From Nitrospinales bacterium (GTDB taxonomy: Bacteria > Nitrospinota > Nitrospinia > Nitrospinales > JAJDAT01), in assembly GCA_038154245.1 (NCBI GenBank), contig JAYOZP010000004.1, forward strand, positions 78,666 through 110,665: a stretch of DNA of 32,000 nt, in the 5' to 3' direction. Shown piece by piece: positions 1 to 8,595 of the stretch; position 1 is the stretch's first letter; each line of letters begins with the position of its first letter. The notes under the pieces were generated by a model, which saw only the letters and a list, made by a program, of their open reading frames with translations, had not been told where the DNA came from and did not search any database. Both the position numbers and the translations under genes were made by a program.

Positions 1-2209
1 CGTCTAAAAGAGCCTGTGAAAGGACATTACGCAATGTTTTTTCTTTTAAAAAACCAAAAACTTCATCTAAGGAAAAACTATGAACTGAGCCTAACGAGAT
101 CACAATACTATCTTCATTTGCCGCCGCTTGTAACTCAAAGTTAAAAGCTCTACATAATCTCTTGCGTAAAGCCAACCCCCACCCTTTATTGACGCGGCTC
201 CCAAATGGAGAGTGAACGACCATATGCATGTCGCCAACTTCGTCAAAGAATCTCTCTAAAATAATCCTGTCTCTTGTTGGCATACCGCCTAAGGCGTTTT
301 GCCCGGCAAGAAGATACAATACTAATTGTTCCGCCGCATACGTAGACAAACCAACTTCTTCAATAAGCCATTGGGTCGCCTTGTCTTTGATTCCTACATG
401 GTTGGTATTGTTTCGAAGTTCGATAGAATCATCCGATTCTAGAAGGCGGCTAACCTCGGATCGTAATCGCGAAACTGCCTCGGACAATTCTTTAGTTCTA
501 CCGGGTCCTTCTCCAAACCAAAATGGTATAGTCGGAGGCAATCCTTTCGCATCTCTGACTCGGACATTGAGACCTTCTATGCGGATCATTTGCCAACAAT
601 GACTGCCTAACGAAAAAATATCTCCTGGGAGCGACTCAAGAGCAAAGTCTTCATTTAACGAACCCACTATAATATTTTCTGGATCGAGGACTACATTATA
701 GTCAAACATATCCGGAATAGCGCCGCCGTTGGTTAACGCTGTCAGTCGAGCGTTTTTTCTAGCTTTCACTCTATTGTTTATAGCGTCTAAATATAAAAAA
801 GCGCCTCTACGTCCGCGACGAGTCGTAAACCCTTCGCTTAACATTTTGACTATTGAAAAAAATTCTTCCTCTTTTAAATTTCTATAAGGGAACGCTCTTG
901 AAAACACTTTGTACAAAGCGTCGACTTCCCATTCGTCGCCCGAAACTTCGGCGACAATTTGTTGCGCTAAAATATCTACTGGCTTCTCCGGTGGTTTTAT
1001 TTGATCCAATTCTCCTCTACGAATAGAATCCAGCAATGCAGCGCATTCTACTAAGTCGTCCCGAGTCAAAGGAAATAATATTCCTTTTGGAGAACCTCCT
1101 ACCCAATGACCGCTTCGCCCTACCCTTTGAATAAAAGCGGCAATACTTTTTGGCGACGCAAATTGAACAACCAAATCGATAGATCCAATATCAATTCCCA
1201 ATTCCATAGAAGCTGTAGCCACCAGAACTTTAAGTTCTCCAACCTTGAGCCTTTGCTCGGCAGAATGGCGATGCTCCTTACTCATACTTCCATGATGCGA
1301 CGAAACTTGTTCTTCTCCAATTTGTTCTGCAAGCGCCATAGCAAGGCGTTCCGCCAATCGTCTAGTGTTTACAAATATTAGCGTCGTTCTATGCTTCCCT
1401 ATCAACTCCACTAATCTTTTATAAAGGTCGGACCATGCTTCATTACTCATTACCGCAGTAAGAGGCGACTGCGGAACCTCTAAGCTCAAATCGAGTTCTC
1501 GTCGAAGACCTGTGTCAACAAGCTTACAGTTTGGTTTCCCATCCCGAATATTTTTATTTCCGACTAGAAACTTAGCGACCGTCTCTATAGGCTTTTGCGT
1601 CGCCGAAAGACCAATGCGTTGTAGAGGATTGCCAACTAAGGCCTCTAATCGTTCAATGGATAAAGCTAAATGAGAACCTCTCTTATCGCCTAACAAAGCG
1701 TGTATTTCATCGACAATCAAAGTTTGCACGCCGCTTAACATCTTTCTACCGTTACCACTGGTCAACAGTAGATATAAGGATTCTGGGGTAGTTACTAAAA
1801 TATGAGGCGGTTTTTTGACCATCTTTTGACGATCGTTTTGGCTTGTATCGCCGCTTCTAACGGCAACCGTAATATTTATTTCTGATAGATTTAAACGGCC
1901 AAGTTCCTCTTTAATACCTGCGAGCGGAACCTCTAAGTTTCTGTGAATATCGTTACTTAAAGCTTTGAGGGGAGAAATATAAACAACATAGGTTTGATCG
2001 ATTAAAGTTTTACTTAAGCCACGCGTTATTAAATCGTCAATAGCGGCATAAAAAGCGGCCAGGGTTTTTCCACTTCCTGTAGGAGCCGCGATTAATGTAT
2101 GATCTCCATTTTTAATAAATGGCCAAGCTTGAGATTGAGCCTCTGTGGGGTTACCCAAAGTATTTTCAAACCAAGTTCGTGTAGTAATATGGAAATCGCT
2201 TAAAGACAT
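1..2209 (-). CDS. lhr: Lhr-type ATP-dependent DExH-box helicase, N-terminal ~736 codons (3' end beyond the window)
   Basis: Minus-strand frame is open from the ATG at 2207-2209 to the window edge. It is absent from the ORF track because no stop lies in the window. My translation gives [53 protein letters not shown] (Walker A), [10 protein letters not shown] (DExH box), [10 protein letters not shown], and [33 protein letters not shown] (Lhr DEAD-associated region). Confidence 0.85.
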   Translation of the reverse strand, partial: MSLSDFHITTRTWFENTLGNPTEAQSQAWPFIKNGDHTLIAAPTGSGKTLAAFYAAIDDLITRGLSKTLIDQTYVVYISPLKALSNDIHRNLEVPLAGIKEELGRLNLSEINITVAVRSGDTSQNDRQKMVKKPPHILVTTPESLYLLLTSGNGRKMLSGVQTLIVDEIHALLGDKRGSHLALSIERLEALVGNPLQRIGLSATQKPIETVAKFLVGNKNIRDGKPNCKLVDTGLRRELDLSLEVPQSPLTAVMSNEAWSDLYKRLVELIGKHRTTLIFVNTRRLAERLAMALAEQIGEEQVSSHHGSMSKEHRHSAEQRLKVGELKVLVATASMELGIDIGSIDLVVQFASPKSIAAFIQRVGRSGHWVGGSPKGILFPLTRDDLVECAALLDSIRRGELDQIKPPEKPVDILAQQIVAEVSGDEWEVDALYKVFSRAFPYRNLKEEEFFSIVKMLSEGFTTRRGRRGAFLYLDAINNRVKARKNARLTALTNGGAIPDMFDYNVVLDPENIIVGSLNEDFALESLPGDIFSLGSHCWQMIRIEGLNVRVRDAKGLPPTIPFWFGEGPGRTKELSEAVSRLRSEVSRLLESDDSIELRNNTNHVGIKDKATQWLIEEVGLSTYAAEQLVLYLLAGQNALGGMPTRDRIILERFFDEVGDMHMVVHSPFGSRVNKGWGLALRKRLCRAFNFELQAAANEDSIVISLGSVHSFSLDEVFGFLKEKTLRNVLSQALLD

Positions 2210-2226
2210 AGTTTGCTTTTAAAAAG

Positions 2227-2333
2227 TTAAGGGGATCTCTAAATATTCAAAATTGCCAAGAGCCTAGCCCTTAAAATAAGGGCTTAGGCGACAGCAAACT
2301 AGTAAAAACACGAATTATTAGAGGCTCTCTTAA
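2227..2333. repeat. 107-bp MITE-like intergenic repeat, copy A
   Basis: Aligns without gaps to 26935-27041, about 84 percent identity by hand count in the same orientation. Imperfect terminal inverted repeats (TTAAGGGGATCTCTAAATA vs reverse complement of the 3' end TTAAGAGAGCCTCTAATAA, 13/19). Internal 11-bp bulged hairpin at 2262-2289. Confidence 0.6.
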
Positions 2334-4108
2334 TTCATGTATTTGAATATAAAAATATTTCCATCAACCCATTTTTCTTTTTCTTTGCGTAATTCTACCG
2401 ATTCTCTTAAAAGTAATTCAAATCCAATTCCCTCGGCTAATTTTTCCATAAAAGAATTGTTATGCGCATAACGCCCTGTTTGTCTAATTTGGTAATCGCC
2501 GTCATTGCTATTTTCTGTCGATAAAACGAAAATTGCTCCATCTTCTGCGACATCCTGAACACTTTTAAATAATGGAGCTGGATCTCCGAGGTATATCAAA
2601 ACATCGGCAGCTATGATCAAATCAAATTTCTCATCGCTTTTTGATAAAAACTCTAATAAATCGCTTTCGTAAAAAGCGTCGTAAATCTTTTTCTCTTTTG
2701 CTTTTTCTATCATTTTAGACGATAAATCAACCCCTGAAAGGCGATCTACCGAAGAAATAAACGATTCGCCGGAAAGACCGGTACCGCAACCCAAATCTAA
2801 AGCATTTTTAAAACGATAATCAGTTGGCAACACAGCATCGCAAGTGTCGCGCATTAATTGCGGAACTTTATATTGAAGATTACTAACAAGATGTTCTTCA
2901 AATCTTTTCGAAAACTCGTCAAAAAAGTACCGCACATAATCGGGAGGCGTCGTTTCTGGAGTTTTTCCGGTAAGAGCGGCAGCCAAAAATTCGTCTTTAG
3001 TCGTCGCAATGATTGAATCCTTTTCTTCAAACGAGGACAAACTTACCCCTTGAGTTTCTAAAATAATATTTCCTTCCAATATTTGATATTCTTCTCCAAC
3101 CGCAAAAGCTTTAGACGACACTTCCACCGCTTTTTCTACATCCCCCTGAGACTTTATTAAGTCCGCAAAATAATATTGCGCCTCTGAATAGCTAGGATCT
3201 AATTCAACCGCTCTCTGATAATCGTTCAAAGCTTGAGAAAAATTTTTCAATTTTTGAAAGATTCCCGCGACTTTGTAATGAGCTTTGGCATATTTAGGAT
3301 TAATTTTAATAGCTTCTCGGTAACTCTCAATTGCCTTATCCAGAAATTCCAGATCTTCCAAAATCAAACCTAGATTAAAATGAGCTTCGAAGAAATTTGG
3401 ATTGATTTCAATCGCTTGACGATACAGTTTTATGGATTCGTCTATTTCTCCAAATTCTGAGAGCATATTTGCTAAATTGTAAGGAGCTTGATCTAAATCG
3501 GGGTTCGCCTCCATAGCTTTGCGAAAACAAATGGAAGCCTCTTCCAAACGTCCCATTTCTAGCAAAATATTACCTAAATCGTTTTGCGCTCGACCGTTTT
3601 GCGGCGACGCTTTTAAAATTTGATTATAAACATACGCGGCTTCTTCTAATTTGCCTTCTTTATGAAAATGGAACGCTAAATAACTTGGGTCTTGACCAGA
3701 CGCTATGGAATGTTGATAAGCTTCAACTTCCAAATGATTTTGACTTTTCGACTGTTTCCTTGAATTTTTCTTTTGATTCGACGAGGTAGATTTGAGAGCC
3801 AGAGCGTTTTGAAAAAAATTAAAAGCTTCTTCAAGTTTTTCTTGGGTCTTTAAGATCAAACCTAAATTGTAAAAGAAATAAGGATTTTGTGGATTGCTTT
3901 GTATCGCTTTAAAAATTTTATTAGCGGCTTCTTCGAAGTTTTCAAAGCGATAATCTAGTATTCCTAACAAATGAAGGGCATTGGATTGATCGGGATAAGC
4001 GGCAAGGATTTGGTTGCAAATCTCGCGAGCGGCATTGACATCCCCTTTACTAAAAATTTCCTGAGCTTGTAGAAGTCGTTCCGCTATTTCTAATTCAACT
4101 TCTTGCAT
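2330..4108 (-). CDS. TPR-repeat protein fused to a class I SAM-dependent methyltransferase
   Basis: Track ORF 2330..4111. The first codon there is TTG, and the ATG at 4106-4108 is the more likely start. About eight TPR units span the N-terminal 340 aa. The C-terminus carries SAM motif I (LDLGCGTGLSG) and FDLIIAADVLIYLG. Confidence 0.85.
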   Translation of the reverse strand: MQEVELEIAERLLQAQEIFSKGDVNAAREICNQILAAYPDQSNALHLLGILDYRFENFEEAANKIFKAIQSNPQNPYFFYNLGLILKTQEKLEEAFNFFQNALALKSTSSNQKKNSRKQSKSQNHLEVEAYQHSIASGQDPSYLAFHFHKEGKLEEAAYVYNQILKASPQNGRAQNDLGNILLEMGRLEEASICFRKAMEANPDLDQAPYNLANMLSEFGEIDESIKLYRQAIEINPNFFEAHFNLGLILEDLEFLDKAIESYREAIKINPKYAKAHYKVAGIFQKLKNFSQALNDYQRAVELDPSYSEAQYYFADLIKSQGDVEKAVEVSSKAFAVGEEYQILEGNIILETQGVSLSSFEEKDSIIATTKDEFLAAALTGKTPETTPPDYVRYFFDEFSKRFEEHLVSNLQYKVPQLMRDTCDAVLPTDYRFKNALDLGCGTGLSGESFISSVDRLSGVDLSSKMIEKAKEKKIYDAFYESDLLEFLSKSDEKFDLIIAADVLIYLGDPAPLFKSVQDVAEDGAIFVLSTENSNDGDYQIRQTGRYAHNNSFMEKLAEGIGFELLLRESVELRKEKEKWVDGNIFIFKYMN

Positions 4109-4125
4109 CAAAATTTGCTCTCGTT

Positions 4126-4299
4126 TTATTCTTTTTTAGGGGCTCCAGAAAACTTTTCAAAGTTTTCTTGTAATGGAGCAGAACGGTTTGGAGTGGGATC
4201 AATTAAAGGCCAAATAAGAATGAACACAATAAAGCCTATTACAATGACACCGATAATAAATCCAATCCAATCAAAAAAAGAAAACTTTTCTTTACTCAT
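4126..4299 (-). CDS. Small single-pass membrane protein (57 aa), hypothetical
   Basis: Hand-translated: MSKEKFSFFDWIGFIIGVIVIGFIVFILIWPLIDPTPNRSAPLQENFEKFSGAPKKE. It has ATG and TAA, one clear hydrophobic helix, and ends 17 nt upstream of the TPR-methyltransferase ATG. It falls below the track's length cutoff. Confidence 0.35.
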   Translation of the reverse strand: MSKEKFSFFDWIGFIIGVIVIGFIVFILIWPLIDPTPNRSAPLQENFEKFSGAPKKE

Positions 4300-4379
4300 T
4301 AACGCTTCTAAAAAATTAACAGTCTAATTAAAAATGAAAATTTAAATCGTTCCTTGTGAAAATACTAAAGCTTCAATAA

Positions 4380-4901
4380 CTAGTGGTTCCATGGATCTTT
4401 CATTGGAATCCAACGTGGAACGTTATCCTTATATTTCAAATAAGAATCGCCAAACCTACCCGTTAACTCGGGTTCTTCCAATAAAGGCACATAAATTAAA
4501 TTTGCCGCCACAAAAAATAGCCCCCAACCAAAAATTAAATATGATCTAAAAAGAATAGCCTCTCCAAATAAGACGGAAAAAACTCCAATCATCATTGGAT
4601 TCCGCACATACCGATATAATCCTTTAACGACAAAGTTTTTTGGCGGGTCATAAGGCGCTGGAGTGCCGTCGCCGTAGCTAGTAAATAATGCCACTGTTTT
4701 ATAAATACCAATACCGCCTAGAGCTATTAAAATAAAGCCAAATACTATGGAAAACCATGAGAATATAAAAACATCGTTTTCAAACCAAATCATAGCTGCC
4801 GGAATAGTCCCCATCACATTAAATGGGAAAATAAAAAAAGCCACTATCAAACTTTTAGTGATTTTCATAAAAAACGAATCAAGTTTAAAAACATTCTGCA
4901 A
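4380..4901 (-). CDS. Isoprenylcysteine carboxyl / phospholipid methyltransferase (ICMT/PEMT) family membrane protein
   Basis: 173-aa ORF with multiple hydrophobic helices and the family motif YRYVRNPMMIG. The internal Met (MKITK..., start at 4868) is an alternative start. Confidence 0.8.
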   Translation of the reverse strand: MQNVFKLDSFFMKITKSLIVAFFIFPFNVMGTIPAAMIWFENDVFIFSWFSIVFGFILIALGGIGIYKTVALFTSYGDGTPAPYDPPKNFVVKGLYRYVRNPMMIGVFSVLFGEAILFRSYLIFGWGLFFVAANLIYVPLLEEPELTGRFGDSYLKYKDNVPRWIPMKDPWNH

Positions 4902-4916
4902 CTTTAAGAAAATTTA

Positions 4917-5096
4917 TCAGATTTCAGAATCCTCATTTTTCTTTTCTCTAGTTTCTTCAAAAGAATGTCTTTGCTTAAATCGTTTAAGCAGTATTTTGGC
5001 TGAATCGCTTTTTCTATCAAAGGGTAAAGCATGTCGTTGCCCCTTACGGTCGGCAAGTTTTGTTTTTTCTTCTTTTCCTTTTTTATTTTCCGTCAT
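4917..5096 (-). CDS. Small highly charged protein (59 aa), hypothetical
   Basis: Hand-translated: MTENKKGKEEKTKLADRKGQRHALPFDRKSDSAKILLKRFKQRHSFEETREKKNEDSEI. It has ATG and TGA with a weak purine-rich stretch upstream. It sits between the kinase and the ICMT-like gene on the same strand. I recognise no family. Confidence 0.25.
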   Translation of the reverse strand: MTENKKGKEEKTKLADRKGQRHALPFDRKSDSAKILLKRFKQRHSFEETREKKNEDSEI

Positions 5097-5250
5097 TCAA
5101 CTTCTCTCAGATATTATTCTGCCTTTATTTTATCACGCCTGGAAAATATGGCTAATTGGGAATGACGCAATAAATGAATTTATAAAGTTTAGAAAAAAAA
5201 GAGGCGAACCATTGAAATCCAGATAAACCAAGCTTTTAAAAATTAGCCAA

Positions 5251-8200
5251 CTATACCTTAGGATGACTTTTATCAAATTGATTTATGAACTCCATCATTC
5301 CTTCTGTATCATAATTATTCAGATGTTCTCTTAACTTATCGGCTACTTTCAAACATTCTCCGTCTATACTTTCTACTTCTTTTAAAAGGTTTTCAATTTG
5401 GGTAACGCTGCACAACTCAACAGCTTCTTTAAGAAGATCTAAAATTTCACGGGAAATCTGAACTTTAGAAATATCAAGGGAAGAAACAGCTTTTGCTTCA
5501 ACTTCTTTATTTTCCTCAAAAGTGAATTCAATAGGCAATAATTTGGCTATCGAGCCTACTAGTTTTTCAATGCGAAAAGGCTTTGTCAAAAAGTCGTCAC
5601 ATCCAGAATCCAGAGCGGTTTTTCGTTTTTCCTCCAAACCTAAAGCTGTAACTGCTACTATTTTTAACTGCGAAGAAGGATTACTTTTTCTAATCTCCCT
5701 AGTCGCTTCTATCCCATCCATCTCTGGCATCAAAATATCCATAAAAACGATATCAAACTTCATTTTTTGAACTAATTCTATGGCATCCTTTGCTCCCGAA
5801 GAAACTTGAACGTCAATACCTAAGTCTCTTAAAACTCCCGCTAATATATCTCTATTTGTTTCAATGTCGTCAACCACTAAGGCTTTTAGCTCTTGCCCTT
5901 TGGCTATGCGTAAAACTTCGGAAGCCCGTTTAGAACGCGAACTTGAATTAGGTTTCGCTTGGCTTGGCAAAAGCGGTAAAGAAAAGAAAAATCTAGTTCC
6001 AAAACCGATTTTTGATTCTAACTCTAAATTTCCACCCAGAAGCCTAACTTGATTTTGAACAATAGCTAACCCTAGTCCAGTTCCGCCTTTTTTTAATCCT
6101 TCTTCATGTTGCCGAAAAAATTCGAATAAAGATTTTTGAGCTTCTTCGGAAATCCCGTGCCCAGTATCGGCAATTTCGAAACGATATAAATTAGGTCCTT
6201 TATTATCGACAAAAAAAGTAATCTGACCAGAGTCTGTAAACTTTACAGAATTGCCCAATAAATTAATCAATATTTGCCTCAATTTAGTTTCGTCGCCCTG
6301 AACCATAATAAAGTTATTTTCCAGGCCTCTAAAATTCCATTTTAATTTTTTCTGCGCGCACTGATTTTCAAAGTAATCCGTAATTCCATTAACTAGCTCT
6401 ATTAAATCAAAATCTGTAGGATACACCTCCATCCTGCCCGCTTCGATTTTTGAAATATCAAGAACATCGTTAATTAATTTTAATAAATGGTCTCCAGATC
6501 GCATAATGGTTTTAATACTTTTGAGTTGATCTGGGTTCAAGTTTTTTTGTCTTTGTAGAATTTGAGCATATCCCAAAATTGCATTTAACGGAGTTCGGAT
6601 TTCGTGGCTCATATTTGCCAGAAATGCGCTTTTGGTTCTATTCGCCACCTCCGCATCGTTTTTTGCCTGCTGAAGTTCTTCTTCCGAAATTTTTCGATCA
6701 TGAATATCTTGTAGTGAACCAGCCATTCTGGTGGGTTTACCACCTTCATCGCGGATGGTATCGCCCTTGGCATGAAACCATCTATATTCTCCCGATTTAG
6801 TTTTTAAACGGTATTCAATATCAAATGGAACATTTCTTTCGGAATGTTCTTTTACCGCCTCAACGGTGCGAGGTAAATCCGTTGGGTGCAATAATTTCTT
6901 GAATTGTGAATAACTTGCTTCGATTTCTTCAAACTCATATCCCAACAAATTGTAAAATTGAGGAGACCACCACTCTTTATCATTTGCAAGGTTAGGCCAA
7001 TCCCAGATTCCTTCATTCGACCCATTAATGGCCAAATCAAGGCGCTGTTGTATTTCTACTAGCTTTTTATTGGTGTCTTCAATCGCTTTGGTTTTTTCTT
7101 CGACAAGATTTTCCAGATGATCTTGGTAATTTCTAAGTTCACCCCTAGCCTTGGCATGCTCGTCAACTTCACGCTCCAAAGTCTGATTTGTTGATTTCAA
7201 ATCTTCCGCCTGTCGCCTAGCTTTTTGGGCAAAATAAGCCGCTAATCCTAAAAGACAAGCCATCAACATTCCCGCTATTAAAACAACAAATGGCAATGGA
7301 GATTTCTTTTGAAGCATAAAATCTTCTTGCGGCCAAAGCTTTAAGCGCCAACGCAATGCAAGTAAATTTACTTCGTCGGAAAATTCCCATGCGACTAAAA
7401 TATTGTTGTCTTTATTCAAGCTATAAATTTCACGCTCAGCCGATAAAACAGAAAAACTAAATTCCTCAGTATTCGTCCCAAAAATAATGGAATCCCAGAA
7501 CTTTTTCGCATTACCGCTTAGCAGAAAAAAACCGTCGAATTTTTTATCCAGGTAAACGGGAACATAAAGCAAAAATATTGGCGCTTCGATCTCTGGAAAT
7601 ATTCCAATAACTTGCGATAGTTTTTGGTCTTTTGAATCGGTCAACTGAGGCTTAATTTTTGATAAAATCTTATCAAAAGTTTTTTCAGGCAATCCGGTAT
7701 TTAAAACCCATTTCGTATCTAAAGAAGAATCCAACCAAGCTATGGAATCAAACCCTCCATGATCTGCAAAAAAATTTCTAAATTCTTGTTCCAGTTCTTC
7801 CTTCGAAATCCGTTTTCTACTTTCCCATCTACCTGCAAACCTTTCCATGTAAGTCAACTTATTAGCCAATTCTGATTGGGCTTCCGACCGAATTTTCCCA
7901 ATTTCACTCTCAAACAACCTTTTGAATTGTTGATCCTGTTGTAGATTAAGCGAATGCGACATAAAAACAGAAGCCGCCATTAAACTACCTGCAAGAGTTA
8001 TTGGAATGGTTAAAAATTTGAATGGTTTCATCTTATCTGTTTTAGTGAGCCTAAAAATTTTAGATCCAAGACCAAAACCAGATTTATAAATCTTAGTCCG
8101 ATTCACATTCAATCTCAATTTTCCCCCTTCAAAAAACAAAAAAATCATCCCTCCCTTTTTGAAGAAGATTGGGTCGTCGCTAACCGTCAAAACTCTCTTC

Positions 8201-8586
8201 CCTTTATCTCGCGTTAAAAACTCCAAGGCCAATCGATCTAAAGTTCCAAAATAAACGATGTGGCAATCCCCTAACTCTGTAAGTTGCGAAACATACCTTA
8301 CATTAAATGGGCGCTCGGTCTCCAAGGTTTGAATTAATTCCAATTCATTCTTAAATGAGGTAAGCCCGTAAACGCAAACATTAGAGGACGAAATTTCGAG
8401 GTTATTAGTCGAAGAGCTAGGCCACGTAACATAATCAAATATTTGATATAAAAAAACTGCCTTGGTTTTCCTCTTGATACTTTCTGTATCTGCGAAAGCG
8501 GAATTAGTCCAAAATCCAACGAAAAACGTCGCAACAATTAAACCCCATATCAAAATGGGAAATCTTTGTTTATTTTTTGAGTTCAA
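5251..8586 (-). CDS. Hybrid sensor histidine kinase: signal peptide, YfiR-like (DUF4154) domain, TM, CHASE-like periplasmic domain, TM, coiled coil, PAS, HisKA, HATPase_c, REC, helical tail
   Basis: 1111-aa ORF with a TTG start at 8586 preceded by AGGA at 8 nt. Domain motifs:
- YfiR-like: AVFLYQIFDYVTWP ... RVLTVSDD ... GGMIFLF ... LRLNVN.
- H-box: FLANMSHEIRTPLNAILGY.
- G-boxes: DTGHGI and GGTGLGLAI.
- Receiver: LVVDDIETNR ... DIVFMDILMPEMDG. Confidence 0.9.
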   Translation of the reverse strand: MNSKNKQRFPILIWGLIVATFFVGFWTNSAFADTESIKRKTKAVFLYQIFDYVTWPSSSTNNLEISSSNVCVYGLTSFKNELELIQTLETERPFNVRYVSQLTELGDCHIVYFGTLDRLALEFLTRDKGKRVLTVSDDPIFFKKGGMIFLFFEGGKLRLNVNRTKIYKSGFGLGSKIFRLTKTDKMKPFKFLTIPITLAGSLMAASVFMSHSLNLQQDQQFKRLFESEIGKIRSEAQSELANKLTYMERFAGRWESRKRISKEELEQEFRNFFADHGGFDSIAWLDSSLDTKWVLNTGLPEKTFDKILSKIKPQLTDSKDQKLSQVIGIFPEIEAPIFLLYVPVYLDKKFDGFFLLSGNAKKFWDSIIFGTNTEEFSFSVLSAEREIYSLNKDNNILVAWEFSDEVNLLALRWRLKLWPQEDFMLQKKSPLPFVVLIAGMLMACLLGLAAYFAQKARRQAEDLKSTNQTLEREVDEHAKARGELRNYQDHLENLVEEKTKAIEDTNKKLVEIQQRLDLAINGSNEGIWDWPNLANDKEWWSPQFYNLLGYEFEEIEASYSQFKKLLHPTDLPRTVEAVKEHSERNVPFDIEYRLKTKSGEYRWFHAKGDTIRDEGGKPTRMAGSLQDIHDRKISEEELQQAKNDAEVANRTKSAFLANMSHEIRTPLNAILGYAQILQRQKNLNPDQLKSIKTIMRSGDHLLKLINDVLDISKIEAGRMEVYPTDFDLIELVNGITDYFENQCAQKKLKWNFRGLENNFIMVQGDETKLRQILINLLGNSVKFTDSGQITFFVDNKGPNLYRFEIADTGHGISEEAQKSLFEFFRQHEEGLKKGGTGLGLAIVQNQVRLLGGNLELESKIGFGTRFFFSLPLLPSQAKPNSSSRSKRASEVLRIAKGQELKALVVDDIETNRDILAGVLRDLGIDVQVSSGAKDAIELVQKMKFDIVFMDILMPEMDGIEATREIRKSNPSSQLKIVAVTALGLEEKRKTALDSGCDDFLTKPFRIEKLVGSIAKLLPIEFTFEENKEVEAKAVSSLDISKVQISREILDLLKEAVELCSVTQIENLLKEVESIDGECLKVADKLREHLNNYDTEGMMEFINQFDKSHPKV

Positions 8587-8595
8587 AATAAATTC

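Noticed and set aside
228-1381. Plus-strand ORFs 228-602 (124 aa) and 1106-1381 (91 aa).
   Set aside because: Both lie antisense inside the clearly recognisable Lhr helicase frame. Their translations are low-complexity with no motifs, so they are shadow ORFs.
4103-5226. Plus-strand ORFs 4103-4327 (74 aa) and 4747-5226 (159 aa).
   Set aside because: The first is antisense to a cleaner small-TM ORF. The second overlaps the ICMT-like gene by about 150 nt, and its translation looks like antisense noise. All flanking genes are on the minus strand.
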